This document shows, in pieces, positions 12,201-25,195 of a stretch of DNA of 64,000 bases. Every line of letters starts with the position of its first letter. Position 1 is the stretch's first letter. The translations under genes and the position numbers were made by a program. The stretch is from Ranitomeya imitator (lineage: Eukaryota), in contig NC_091285.1 of NCBI RefSeq assembly GCF_032444005.1, positions 192,324,001 through 192,388,000 on the forward strand. The letters run 5' to 3'. Below the pieces are notes generated by a model. It was not told the origin of the DNA. It ran no database searches and saw only the letters and a program-made list of their open reading frames with translations.

Positions 12201-12448
12201 TTCTTATAGCCGCCTCCTGCTTTGTGGGCCTCCAGCATTTTCAGAGTGCTAGGCAGCTGCTTAGAAGAACCAATGGCTATTGTATTTTTGGCACAAGGTT
12301 CGAGTAGGCTGGGTTTTTATAAAACTGGGAAATTTGCATTATCTGGCCTGTTTACTACTATTGTAGTAAACAAACTATAAGACATATAACAGGCTAATTA
12401 ATGTCAGAAACCTCGGTCAAAGTTATCTGCGAACACACCTCTCCAAGG

Positions 12449-12511
12449 GTGCCCAAACTTTCGCGTTATCCCATTTTTCTTTTTGTAATTTTTAAAATGG
12501 GAAAAAATACA

Positions 12512-12571
<60 letters not shown>

Positions 12572-12739
12572 GTATATATGTATGTATTTTTTTTATTTAT
12601 CTAATTTTGCCTAAAATACAAACGAAATGTGTCATTTTTAACTTTAGGCCTTTTAGAGGTCATTTCAACTTCACCTTGCTTAACTGCTCACAATAACAGT
12701 AATTTTGACTAGGGGTGTCTAAACTTTTACATGTCACTG
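12449..12739. mobile_element. Tc1-type terminal fragment containing a (TA)n microsatellite
   Basis: GGGGTGTCTAAACTTTTACATGTCACTG|TA end; (TA)n at about 12514-12580. Confidence 0.6.
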
Positions 12740-13187
12740 TATGTTTTTACAATGACCTGCAATATAATTCTCTAGGTCAACAGTTCCAGAGATTCTATAA
12801 GTTAATTTATTACATTTTAATGGTTAAAGAAATTTTGAACTTTTACACATTGAGCTGTAATTTTTATTGCTCTTCCTTCAGGGTATGTGCTATCTTTTTT
12901 CTAGCTCTGTATATTACGTTTTAGGGGAGGGGAGTGTGGTGAACAAAAAAAGGCAATTCTGTAGTATAACTTTTTTTTCTTTCTGGTGTTTACTGTTATG
13001 TTTAAATGATTTTATAATTTCAAAGATTAGATTTCATGGACACAACAATACCAAATATGTTTAATTTTACATCTTTTAACATATTTTTTTAAACTGGAAA
13101 AAGAGGATTGATTTAAACTTTTATATATTTTTGAAAATTTGGGAAACATTTTTAAATTATAGTATAACTACTATACTTCAGTATATA

Positions 13188-14328
13188 CAGGGTGGGCCAT
13201 GCATATGGATACACCTAAATAAAATGGGAATGGTTGGTGATATCAACTTCCGGTTTGTGGGACATTTGTATATGGGAGGGGGAATACTTTTCAAGATGGG
13301 TGGTGACCATGGCGGCCATTTTGAAATCAGCCATTTTTGATCCAACTTTATTTTTTCCAATGGGAAGAGGGTCATGTGACACATCAAACTTATTGAGAAT
13401 TTTACAAGAAAAACAATGGTGTGCTTGGTTTTAACATAAATTTATTTTTTCATGAGGTATTTACAAGTTTCTCTTTTTTTACAGCTATTGACGTGTTGCA
13501 GAGGTTAACACATGAGGAGCGGATAGAAATTGTGTTGATGTCTGGTGAACGCAGTACCCGGGTCATTGCAGCAGATTTCATTGCCAGAATTTCCTACTCA
13601 AGAAAACTGTCACCATTCCCATGTTATTTAAGTGTATCCATATGAAAGGCCCACCCAATGGCTGCAAATTCAGCGCGCCGAACTGGCATCAGTCGAACAT
13701 CCCTTATATTGATATTCGCTACTCATCCTTACAAAATCCAGCTACAGCAACATCTCAACCTAGATTGGCGTGCTGAATTTGCAGGATGGGCAAAATGAAA
13801 ATTGGAATAGGACCCTCAGTTTACACAGAACATTATGTTCAGTGATGAGGCAAACTTTTTTGGGTGGGCCATTTATATGGATACACCTAAATAAAATGGG
13901 AACGGTGACAGTTTTCTTGCGTAAGGTGTCTTGCATTGAAATCTGCTGCAATGACCCGGATACTGCGTTCACCAGACATCAACACAATTTCTATCCGTCC
14001 TCACATGTTAATATCTGCGACATGTCAATGGCTGTAAACAAAGAGAAACTTGTAAATGACTCATGATAGAATAAAGTTATGTTAAAACCAAGCACACCAT
14101 TGTTTTTCTTGTGATATTCTCAATAAGTTTGATGTGTCACATGACCCTCTTCCCATTGCAAAAAATAAAGTTGGATCCAAAATGGCTGACTTCAAAATGG
14201 CCGCTATGGTCACCACCCATCTTGAAAAGTTTCCCCCCTCCCATATTCTAATGTGCCACAAACAGGAAGTTAATATCACCAACCCTTCCCATTTTATTTA
14301 GGCGTATCCATGTACATGGCCCACCCTG
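13188..14328. mobile_element. Rearranged Tc1/mariner-superfamily non-autonomous element with long TIRs
   Basis: TA|CAGGGTGGGCC ... GGCCCACCCTG|TA; TIRs ~270 bp. Remnants LTHEERIEIVLMSGERSTRVIAADF (HTH-like) and QNIMFSDEANF (first catalytic D). Confidence 0.8.
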
Positions 14329-14617
14329 TAGTGTAACTAATATTCTCCTATGATAGGAGAACCACAATGGCAGCCATGGTGGCACCAAACCCCTGGATGC
14401 TATGCTAATCTGTTAGTAGTATTGTGCCAATGGGAGCTGGTAAACATTCAGTTGTCTGGCCTTAGCCTACATGTCTGCACAGCGCTCTGTGGATTCTCAG
14501 GAGCTGGCACTGGGAGTGGCGGGCGTATGACCAGGGCTGGCTCCAGGTTTCCTTGGGTCCTGGGAGAAAGAGTCTGTGGGCCCCTTTAACACATAGCATG
14601 ATTCATAATATAGATAA

Positions 14618-15303
14618 GGCCGGTTTCACACGTCAGTGGCTCCGGTACATGAGGTGACAGTTTCCTCCCGTACCGGAGCCACTGACACACGTAGACACAG
14701 TGAAATCAATGCATCTGTGCAGATGTCATTGATTTTTTGCAGACCGTGTCTCCGTGTGCCAAACACAGAGACATGTCAGTGTTCGTGGGAGCGCACGGAT
14801 TACACGGACCCATTAGAGTCAATGGGTTTGTGTAAAACATGTACCGCACACGGACGTTGTCCGTGGGCAGTCCGTGTGCCGTGTGTCCATTACAATCATG
14901 AATATGCGGCTCCACCTCCCATAGGAGTGGAACCGCATATTCATTACTGTAAATGAGCGGCCCCACGTGACCGGGTGAGTATTTTAATAACAGCGGGGGG
15001 GCGCACAGCGGGTGAAAGGGGGGTGGGGTCATGGATCTTTATTTTAAACACGATTATTCATATCTTCTCTACAGCAAACGCTGCTGCAGGGAAGATATGA
15101 ATCGCGGCTTCAGCACCAGATGCAGGGGACAGCGCTAAACTTCAGCGCTGTCTCCTGCACGGTGCGTGTGGTACCCAGTGGGCACACGGGTGGCACACGT
15201 GTGCCACACTGATGTGCCACAGAAACGTACTGGCACACGGACACGGATAATTCCGGTACCGATTTTTCCGGTACTGGAATTATCTGGACGTGTGAGACTG
15301 GCC
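14618..15303. mobile_element. PIF/Harbinger-type MITE
   Basis: TAA|GGCCGGTTTCACACGTC ... GACGTGTGAGACTGGCC. Confidence 0.75.
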
Positions 15304-16029
15304 TACGAAGTATAGGTATTTTACAATGTCAAAGATTTTACTTACTTCTTACATTACATGAGTGATATCTATTGTAAATTCTACAACAGCTCAGAAATCC
15401 TCGCCATGCACAGTACGTGCGCTGGGGGAGTTAAGTCTGCAGTCACACAGTCACTGCAGACTTTTCTTTTTAGATCGGACACTATTGTCCTCCATACAGT
15501 ATTATGAACATAACATAGTCCTTTATACAATATAATGGGTCCCATATTGCTCCATACAGTATATAATGATCCCCATATTGCTCCATATACAGTATAATGG
15601 GCCGAATATATTGCTCCATACAGTATAATGGCCCCATATAGTGTTGCATGTAGCATAATGGCCCCAATTTTTCTCCATACAGTATAATGGGCCCCATAAA
15701 ATTCTCAATACAGTATAATGGTCCCTATATAATGCTCCATACAGTATTATAGTCCCCATATAATACTCCATACAGTATGATGGCCCCAAATTATGCCACA
15801 TACAGTATATCATGGCCCCATATATTTCTCCATACAGTATAATGGGCCCTAAAAAAATGCTCCATACATTATAATGGCCCCATATAATTCTCCATTCCAT
15901 ATAATGGCCCCATATTTTTCTCTGTACAGTATTATGGGCCCCATAAAATTCTACATACAGTATAATGGGCCCCATATAATGGTCCATACAGTATAATGGC
16001 CCATTTATTACTCAGTACAGTATGATGGC

Positions 16030-16834
16030 TGTTGTGAATTCTGTTGTCGGGCTCCCTCCTGTGGTCATGAATGGTACTTCGGCTGGTTCTGTCCATGGAC
16101 TTCCTCTGGTGGGTGTTTCTGAGTTTCCTTCCACAGGTGACGAGGTTAATTCGTTAGCAGGCTGCTCTATTTAACTCCACTTAGATCTTTGCTCCATGCC
16201 ACCTGTCAATGTTCCAGTATTGGTCTAGTTCACTCCTGGATCGTTCTTGTGACCTGTCTTCCCAGCAGAAACTAAGTTCCAGCTTGTATTTCTTTGGTTT
16301 GCTATTTTTCCGTCCAGCTTGCTATTTTTATTGTTGTCTTGCTTGCTGGAAGCTCTGGGATGCAGAGGGAGCGCCTCCGCACCGTGAGTTGATGCGGAGG
16401 TTTTTTTTGCGCCCTCTGCGTGGTCTTTTTGTAGGTTTTTGTGCTGACCGCAAAGTAACCTTTCCTATCCTCGGTCTGTTCAGTAAGTCGGGCCTCACTT
16501 TGCTAAATCTATTTCATCTATGTTTGTATTTTCATCTTTACTCACAGTCATTATATGTGGGGGGCTGCCTTTTCCTTTGGGGAATTTCTCTGAGGCAAGG
16601 TAGACTTTATTTTTCTATCTTCAGGGCTAGCTAGTTCCTAAGGCTGTGCCGAGTTGCATAGGGAGCGTTAGGCGCAATCCACGGCTATTTCTAGTGTGTG
16701 TGATAGGATTAGGGATTGCGGTCAGCAGAGTTCCCACGTCCCAGAGCTCGTCCTTTATTATCAGTAACTATCAGGTCATTCCGTGTGCTCTTAACCACCA
16801 GGTCCATTATTGTCTTGACCACCAGGTCATAACA
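16030..16834 (+). mobile_element. Solo LTR of a Gypsy-type retrotransposon
   Basis: TGTTGTGAATTC ... ACCACCAGGTCATAACA; same termini as the LTRs at 52821 and 62236. Flanks are GATGGC / GATGTC. Confidence 0.85.
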
Positions 16835-16929
16835 GATGTCCCCATATAATGCTGCATACAGTATATAATGGCCCCATATATTTCTCCATACAATATAATG
16901 GGCATCATAAAATGCTCCATATGGTATAA

Positions 16930-17457
16930 CTAGATTGTGGCCCGATTCTAACGCATCGGGTATTCTAGAATATGCATGTCCCCGTAGTACATAGACAATG
17001 ATGATTCCAGAATTCGCGGCAGACTGTGCCCGTCGCTGATTGGTCGAGGCAACCTTTGACATCATCATCGCCATGGCAACCATTATGACATCTACGTCGA
17101 TACTGTGCCCATCGCTGATTGGTCGAGGCGAATTCGCGGCAGACTGTGCCCGTCGCTGATTGGTCGAGGCAACCTTTATGACATCATCGTCGCCATGCTG
17201 TGCCCGTCGCTGATTGGTCGAGGCAACCTTTATGACATCATCGTCGCCATGGCAACCATTATGACATCTACGTCGATACTGTGCCCGTCGCTGAATCAGA
17301 AACGTGAGATGTCTACGTCCTTTATGACATCATCGTCGCTGTGCCCGTCGCTGATTGGTCGAGGCCGCCAGGCCTCGACCAATCAGAGAGCCGGGATTTC
17401 CAAGACAGACAGACACAGACAGACGGAAAAACCCTTAGACAATTATATATATATAGA
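16930..17457 (-). mobile_element. Non-autonomous Helitron (family A)
   Basis: Reverse-strand TCTATATATAT...AATTGTCTAAGGG start, intact CCCGATGCGTTAGAATCGGG hairpin and CTAG end. Inserted at A/T within a minisatellite. Confidence 0.85.
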
Positions 17458-18441
17458 TGGTCCCCATATATTGCTCCATACAGTATGTAATGACGCCATA
17501 TATTGCACCATACAGTATATAATGGCCCCATGTAGTGCTCCATACCGTATAATGGGCCCCATATAATGCGCCATACAGTATATAATGGCTCCATGCAGTA
17601 TTTAAGGGCCCCATATGATGTTTCAATCAGTATAATGGCCCCATATATTGCTCCCCTGACTCACATGCCCTATATCGTGCCGGTGACCCTGACGGCAAGT
17701 GGGCCCCCTGTTCGTCCAGGGTCCGACACTTGACCGAGTGGTGAGGCTGGTCCTGTGCATGTCCAGCATATGTAATTTGCATACTGCGATCATGTGCTGA
17801 CTGTGTGGATATGGACTCACTCAATGCAAGTGTATTGAGCGAGGTCAGACAGTCTATTCGGAATGTGGCTGGAAGCATGCAAATCGCAAACTTGCAGTCA
17901 CATGACCTCCTGCTCCCAGCACCAGAGAAGCCTCACAGTGTACATTGCACGTGATATGAGAATTCACAAGCCAGAGATCACATAGTCTGACCTGTCTATA
18001 AACCCCATGCTATATTTTACTTGCTCTGTAAACTCAGAGTGAGCCTCTTGCTGCATAAAAATTGCTTCCTGCCAGGAGAATATAATGTCTTGCAAATAAA
18101 ACCAATAAAATGCCGAAAGGGACCTGCTGGCTGGTGCCCTTTAATGTAAGGCACAAGTAAACAAAAGTTTCCTTGTGCAAAGGCTGGGGCTAACAGCACT
18201 ACGTGTGCGTGACTCCTGTTTATAATGCATGGAAAAGATCAACGTTATATTCATCTTCAGTCCTAGAGACAGAACACTACCAGTAGGTCTGACAGCAGAA
18301 AATATACTTATAAAGAGGTGATAATTGTTTCATGAACACATAATCAACGTCAAATTTACACATTGTACATTTTTATCATTTGGACATTAGATGAAATATG
18401 CTATGAGATTTCGCACTGTACTCCGGAACTTTTTTTTCTTA

Positions 18442-18919
18442 GGGTACGTTCACATTTGCGGCTTTGGACGCAGCGGCGGCGCCGCAAAAGAACGCGCGCG
18501 TCATGCTTCCCTATCTTTAACATTGGGGACGCATGTGCGTTCGTTTTCATGCGTTTCGGTGCGTTTTGCGACGCATGCGTCCTTTCGACGCACCTAGCAG
18601 TACTTTGCAAACGCAACATGTTGCATTTTTTCTGCGTCCAAAATTTTTAAAAAACGCTTGCGTCGCACTTGCGTTGTATTTGCGTCGCCGAAACTTCAAA
18701 ACCTCCATTGAAGTGTATTGGCAATGCAGAAGACGCAAGTACTTGCGTTGTAGGACGCATGCGTTCTTTACTTTAAAAATAGAGAAAATGAAAAGGCCCT
18801 ATATATTAAAAAAGGGTTGAACGCATGCGTCAAAAATGCATGCGTTCTACTTGCGTCTTTCGTGCGTCGTGCGTTGCGTCCACGACGCTGCGTCCAAAGC
18901 CGCAAATGTGAACGTAGCC
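18442..18919. mobile_element. PIF/Harbinger-type MITE
   Basis: TTA|GGGTACGTTCACATTTGCG ... CGCAAATGTGAACGTAGCC|TTA. Confidence 0.85.
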
Positions 18920-19171
18920 TTATATGGTAGGGGCCAGAATTCTAGATCAGCACAAGTGGTAAAGTACCTATTGGCACCTTTTAGGAAACAACTCCTGGAG
19001 CTGCTCCTCCGCACTTGATATTGTGTTCTCCACCATTTGTGGCATCAACATCTGGTCACTGATTGGCATCAGCCTTCACGTGACGCTGAATCATTATATA
19101 CGACTGGAGTCCTTTCCCCATTCCAAAGTGGGAAACTGCTCAAAGACCACTGCATTCTATCTTCTCTTTAA

Positions 19172-19367
19172 GGGCTTGTTTCCACTTGCGAGAAACACGT
19201 CCGTATCTCGCATGTGAAAACCAAGCTCTGGCGCCGGCACTTGGGAGCGGAGCGTGCGGCTCCATGTGTTGCTATGCGGCCACACGCTCCGCTCTGTAGT
19301 GCCAGCGCCATAGCTTGGTTTTCACATGCGAGATACGGACGTGTTTCTCGCAAGTGGAAACAAGCCC
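19172..19367. mobile_element. 196-bp near-perfect palindromic Harbinger MITE
   Basis: TAA|GGGCTTGTTTCCACTTGCGAGAAACACGTCC ... GGACGTGTTTCTCGCAAGTGGAAACAAGCCC|TTA. Confidence 0.9.
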
Positions 19368-19377
19368 TTACGGGATA

Positions 19378-20580
19378 TATTATTATTATTATTATTATTA
19401 TTTATTTATATAGCACCATTGATTCCATGGTGCTGTACATGAGAAGGGGTTACATACAAGTTACAAATATCACATACAGTAAACAAACTAACAATGACGG
19501 ACTGATACAGAGGGGCGAGGACCCTGCCCTTGCGGGCTTACATTCTACAGGATTATGGGGAAGGAGACAGTAGGTTGAGGGTTGCAGGAGCTCCGGTGTT
19601 GGTGAGGCGGTAGCTCCGGTGTTGGTGAGGCGGTAGCTCCGGTGTTGGTGAGGCGGTAGCTTTGTTGGTGATGAGGCAGCAGCGGTGTCAGTGCAGGCTG
19701 TAGGCTTTCCTGAAGAGATGAGTTTTCAGGTTCCGTCTGAAGGATCCGACTGTGGTTGATAGTCGGACGTGTTGGGGCAGAGAGTTCCAGAGGATGGGGG
19801 ATATTCGGGAGAAGTCTTGGAGGCGATTGGATGAGGAGCGGATAAGTGTGGAGGAGAGAAGGAGGTCTTGGGAGGACCGGAGGTCACGTGAGGGAAGATA
19901 TCGAGAGATTAGTTCAGAGATATATGGAGGAGACAGGTTGTGGATGGCTTTGTAGGTCAGTATTAGCAATTTGAACTGGATACGCTGAGGGAATGGGAGC
20001 CAGTGAAGAGATTTGCAGAGGGGGGAAGCGGAGGAGTAGCGAGGAGAGAGATGGATTAGTCGGGCAGCAGAGTTAAGGATGGACTGGAGAGGTGCAAGGG
20101 TGTTAGCAGGGAGGCCACAGAAAAGGATGTTGCAGTAGTCAAGGCGGGAAATGATGAGGGCGTGCACAAGCATTTTAGTAGATTGGGGGTTGAGGAAAGG
20201 ACGGATCCTGGAGATATTTTTGAGCTGGAGGCGACAGGAGGTGGAAAGAGCTTGGATGTGTGGTTTGAAGGACAGGGCAGAGTCGAAGGTTACTCCGAGG
20301 CAGCGGACTTCGGGTACAGGGGAAAGCATGATGTCATTGACTGCGATAGATAGGTCAAGTAAGGAAGATTTGTGGGATGGAGGAAAGATGATGAGTTCAG
20401 ATTTGTCCACATTGAGTTTGAGGAAGCGAGAGGAGAAGGAGGATATGGCTGATAGGCACTCTGGGATTCTGGACAGCAGAGCGGTGACGTCTGGGCCAGA
20501 GAGGTAGATCTGAGTGTCGTCAGCATAGAGGTGGTACTGGAATCCATGGGACTTTATGAGTTGTCCCAAGCCAAGTGTAT
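19378..20580 (-). mobile_element. 5'-truncated L2-clade LINE (RT C-terminus, 3' UTR, (TAA)n tail)
   Basis: ORF 19688-20593 has [24 protein letters not shown] and SRLDYCN; (TAA)n tail at about 19378-19410; 21-bp tandem repeat in the 3' UTR. Confidence 0.92.
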
Positions 20581-20847
20581 ATATCACAGCCAATCTCTAG
20601 TCAGACCTACTAGTATTATTTTGTATGCCTAAGAGACTAGCTAACTATATGTTTACTATACTGTGCACACAATTAGTAGACAATTAGTATTTTTGATTAT
20701 TAATTTTATTATGGAACAACTACAGCTATGTCAGTCACCCCTAAAGGTTGATAAACCTGAAACCTAAATATTTAAGAAAGTAAAAGTGAGGTTTTATCTT
20801 TCTTCAAGCAATATCTGTGTGCATATTTATTGGACAATTATTAATGT

Positions 20848-21155
20848 GCAGAATTATTATGCAACTAAGAGAAAAACGTAAATCTTTTCACCTCAATTCT
20901 TTATTTTCATTTGTTCAAGTGAAAATAATAACTGTAAACAACTCAAAGCAGACATAAGCCTTCCATCCATTGGGTCTGTCAGTTTCTTATTCTGGTGACG
21001 ATCAACTTTTGGGCAGCACCCACCACAGCCTCCCAGACACAGTTCAGAGGTGTACTCTTTCCTTTACCATAAATCTCTCGTTTGGGAAGGGCCCATAAGT
21101 TCTCAATAGGGTTTAGGTCAGGTGAGGAAGGAGCCATGTCATTGTTCTTTCATTT
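20848..21155 (-). pseudogene. Tc1 transposase 3' fragment with TIR remnant
   Basis: Reverse translation gives [15 protein letters not shown]; abuts the hammerhead-family copy at 21158. Confidence 0.75.
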
Positions 21156-21157
21156 TT

Positions 21158-21426
21158 GGGGTCTAAGGGGTATTGTTTCTCCTTATGGAGAGTGACATAC
21201 CATCTCTGGCTTGTCAAGGTAAGGAGGCTTATTCGCCGTGCAATGCTCCTCTGGGAAATATAATATGCAAATTGCCTCTTCTGAGAAAAAGAGGACTTAA
21301 ACTCTATAGCGCCACCTGTTGGAAGTAGCGATCCTACACGTCACAATCAACCCTTTAACGAGTCTTGCAATAGGACTTAGGATAAAAGCCAAATCAGTAT
21401 CTCAATTCGCAGACACGGTGAAACAC
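21158..21426 (-). mobile_element. Diverged single-unit copy of the 312-bp hammerhead repeat family
   Basis: Colinear with 1318-1560: TTTCTCCTTATGGAGAGTGAC, GCAATGCTCCTC, ATGCAAAT, GCCACCTGTTGGAAGTAGCGATC, CCCTTTAACGAG, GCAGACACGGTG. It stops inside hammerhead helix III. Confidence 0.8.
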
Positions 21427-21973
21427 TTATTAAAATTAAAAAGTGCTGTCTAGAGCTGCACAATAAATACACAAGTAATATTCCTCTACTGGAGAGCGCA
21501 GGAACCCACAAAAGGAGTTTCTTTATGAAAATATTGGAGCAGGTGATAGTAATCCTACCAACAATCATGTGCTAGAAGCAGGCTCGGACTGTCCCACCGG
21601 AGAAGCCTCCGGTGGGACCCCATGCAACAAGAGTGGGCCACTACCCTCTTGTATGAGCAGTACTTGGCAAAATACACTTGATTTCATTATATACAGATAA
21701 ATGAAGCATACATCTTATTAATTTAACAATCAACCTCTATTATTATTATAGAAATTTGTGAATGAGCATAGTCATATTTGCCCTTGGCACCCCAGTCCAA
21801 CGTTGACGGGAAGGTTCTAGTTTAAGGAGCAAATAAAAACAAAACATTTAGGACTTCTCAGTATATGATATTGTTGCTAATATCCAATTTAGAATGTCAA
21901 ATGCTTTATATAATATTGAAACAAAGTCATATTAGTTACTGTCATTTACAACTACTGTTTCTGTATTTTCTAG

Positions 21974-22063
21974 CCTGAAGAAGAAGGCCAGGAAGCGATG
22001 GAAGAACCTGCTGCTGAACCACTGCTGGAGCCAGAAGGGGAGAGCTACGAGGAAGCCCCCCAG
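21974..22063 (+). CDS. sncb: Beta-synuclein, penultimate coding exon (PEEEGQEAMEEPAAEPLLEPEGESYEEAPQ)
   Basis: Pyrimidine tract and TTTCTAG acceptor before 21974; CAG|GTGACA donor after 22063. 90 nt, phase 0/0. 22 of 30 residues match human SNCB PEEVAQEAAEEPLIEPLMEPEGESYEDPPQ (recalled sequence). Confidence 0.95.
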
Positions 22064-23364
22064 GTGACAAAATCATATTTTGTATATAGAATGCCTGAAA
22101 AAAAGAAACAGATTTTTTTTCATATTACTATCACAGTCATAAAGTGATTGATAGATTTACTATACTTGCCTATGGCCTTTGTATGGTAATGTAGCTAAGC
22201 CACAATTAAGTTACTGGGACTGAGCAGCAATAGCAAATACAGCCTGCGAAGAGAAATGTGACACCATATCTAGAAAAAAAAGACACTATTTTTCCAAATC
22301 TCATACAGTCACATTAAGGCTTATTAAGTGAACAGCTGTCATGTGGGTCATAATTTCAATATTCAAAATTTCTACCATTTACGATACACCCTCCAAATGC
22401 CTTATACAGGTGAAGAAAACCTAAGGACCTGTCAGCTCCCCTGACGTGTGCTTTAGTAACTATGAAAAATTAATTCTGTAGCATCCTATCAGAAATCTCA
22501 GAATTATGTTCATTGACTGTTTTTCCTACATTTTTAGTATGTATGAATACATAAGCAGCTGGGCATTATCCACTGGATGTGCGCCTCTGATACTTTGCTG
22601 CGATTACTGCCAACTACTGTGTAGAAGACCATAAACATGGAAGAGCACAGCATGAGAAGCACCAGGTGGTTTGATTGGGATGTTTCATTGGAACGTGGGG
22701 GGATTAGCCTCTCACCTGGAAGGGTTGTGCACCACTGCACCACTCTGGTAGCGGACGTCTCCGTGCACTCCTGCACTGTGCTTCCTGGTCTGGTCACGTG
22801 GGCCCAAGATCCAGTCACGTGATCCCGCTTCACAGGATGTGACGTCACTTCAGATCCTGAGGAAGGTAGCAGTCCGCTGCTGAAATGCGTAGTGGTTCAA
22901 TAAAAGGTTTGTTTACCACTAATCTAATGCAGTGTGCTCTATAGTCATAGCGCTCCTTAAATTGATCAATTTTTTTCCAAAAAAAACTACTGTGTAGAAG
23001 CACACCCCTTTGACAATAGTAATACATCCAGTTGTCAATTTATTCATAAATATTAAGATGAAGTAAATGAGGAAAAAAATTAGTTCTAAAATTCATATTA
23101 CTAGGGAAGCAAAAGTATTTGGTAAAGCAAACCTTTCAGAAGTAGTGACAAGTTCCTTCAAAGTGGGTCAACAGAATTAAAGAGAATCTGTCGGTCGGTT
23201 TTTAATATGTAACCTGAGAGCAGCATTATGTAGGGGCAGAATCTGTTTTCACTGATATATCTCTTAGGTCTGGAGCCCACGATCCGATAGTAGCAGCGCT
23301 TGTTAAACTCGCCAAAAGCTCATTGTTAGAATGTAGCCTTATAGTGTAGCAAACTGGTAGTGAT

Positions 23365-23672
23365 TAGTGATGAGTGAGTGTACTCGTTGCTCAGGTTTTC
23401 CCGAGCACGCTTGGGTGGTCTCCGAGTATTTATGACTGCTCGAGATTTAGTTTTCATCTCTCAGCTGAATGATTTATAGCTACTAGCCAGGCTGAGTACA
23501 TGTGGGGGTTGCCTGGTTGCTAGGGAATCCCCATATGTAATCAAGCAGGCTAGTAGCTGTAAATCATTCAGCTGAGAGATGAAAACTATATCTCCGAGCA
23601 GTCATAAATACTCGGAGACCACCCAAGCGTGCTCAGGAAAACCCGAGCAAAGAGTACACTCGCTCATCACTA
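23365..23672. mobile_element. Palindromic hAT MITE
   Basis: TAGTGATGAGTG ... CGCTCATCACTA with perfect 8-bp TSD GTAGTGAT. Confidence 0.92.
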
Positions 23673-24593
23673 GTAGTGATCCAAAACTTGATAAGGGAAA
23701 CCATGTTGCACATACTAGCTTTACAGTAACCTTTATAATGCATATAATTACCGGGTACAATCTTCTCTGCTAGCAGTATAGCTTGTGACAAGATTCATGT
23801 CACCACAAGGGCGCATGCAGATAAGCGTATGTTATGGATGTGCGCTGTCTGTGCTAAAATTGGGTAGCACAAGGATCAATGTTCAGTTGAGAATTTATTT
23901 TACATGGATCGAATGTTCCTGTGAAAAGTCTAAGGATGCACACAAAAACCCATTCTGTATGGATCATCAGCATTGCACCTATTGATTTACAGATGCACAA
24001 TTATTAACATAGGAAACCGCATTGGGTCTGGTAAACTTTATTAACTGCTGACGTGCAAAAAGGGACATTATACTGATCTAATAAAACGGATGACCATCGG
24101 ATAGCATCCTTTCTACTGCATGAAAATTGATTTTTCACATTTTCATAAGAATCCGGCCTAACTTTCAACATTGCACTTTAGACATAAATTCAAACTACGG
24201 TACATAGATTTTGGGAGGAAATTGTAGCACTGCAGTCGACCACGCTTTTTTGTGTCCGCCTCAAAAAGTGGGACAATGGTAAAAATGAGGTCTGACAGAA
24301 CACAGTGACTCCATCAGCATTAAAGATAACTGCCCCTTGGGTGGATACAACGGAATCCCCTTTTTTGGGGGGCTTTGTGCCGCTTACGTGTGTCTAAAAC
24401 ATGATGCTAGCCATTGGTCCCTGTTAATTTCTTTTATTGAAATGAGCATGGTGACCTTTCTAAAAACTCAGAAAAGATAAAAGCTCAGATGAAAACTTCA
24501 CGCAGTGATTTTCTAGAGTTTATTGCACATTTTGTATATTTTAAAAAAAAGCCTTGATCGTGATGTTGGCCGTGTGCTTGTAAAAATGCATAA

Positions 24594-24749
24594 GGCTACG
24601 TTCCACAATAAGTTTTTGGTGAGTTTTTTTTTTCTGCATATTTTTTTTAGAAAATACAAGTAACCTATCTTATGTAATAGGTGGAGAAATTCTGCAGAAA
24701 ATCTGCAACATCACAAACTCACCAGAAAGCTCATGGTGGGAACGTAGCC
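24594..24749. mobile_element. Small Harbinger MITE
   Basis: TAA|GGCTACGTTCCAC ... GTGGGAACGTAGCC|TA. Confidence 0.7.
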
Positions 24750-24839
24750 TACCAAAATGTTTTATTGGAGTCTCATAGGTTTTAAGAATAAGAATTAGGT
24801 TTATCCTCTTTTATTATATTAAATGTTCTATGGTAAGTT

Positions 24840-25195
24840 CCAGCAGCGTGCAGCAGAAACGCTGCAGATCCGCACTATGATGTACAGTATAATGTTATTC
24901 AATGGGAAAAAAACTGTGCAGTTGGTGCAGAAAAATCAGTGCGGAATTGCTGCGGATTTCAAAGTGCATGTCACTTCTTTTGTGCGGATCTGCAGCGTTT
25001 CTGCACCTCTACATGTTATAATTCCGCAGTGGCAAAAACCGCAGAAAATCCGTACAAAATCTGCATCAATTCCGCATAAAAACCACCCAAAATCCACATA
25101 AAAACCGCAGCAAATCCATGGCTGCAGATTCTGCCAGGAGATGCGGATTTTGTGCAGAAAATTCTGCACCTTTTTTCCTACGTGTGCACATAGCC
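24840..25195. mobile_element. Right part of a Harbinger MITE (family of 3469)
   Basis: Ends CGTGTGCACATAGCC|TAA; left end not seen. Confidence 0.65.

Larger units (their letters stand above)
15490..17730. repeat. ~29-bp minisatellite (CAGTATAATGGCCCCATATATTGCTCCATA)n, split by a solo LTR and a Helitron; ends in a hAT-like GTCCGACACT terminus
   Basis: The same unit appears at 15490-16029, 16835-16929 and 17458-17660. Confidence 0.8.
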
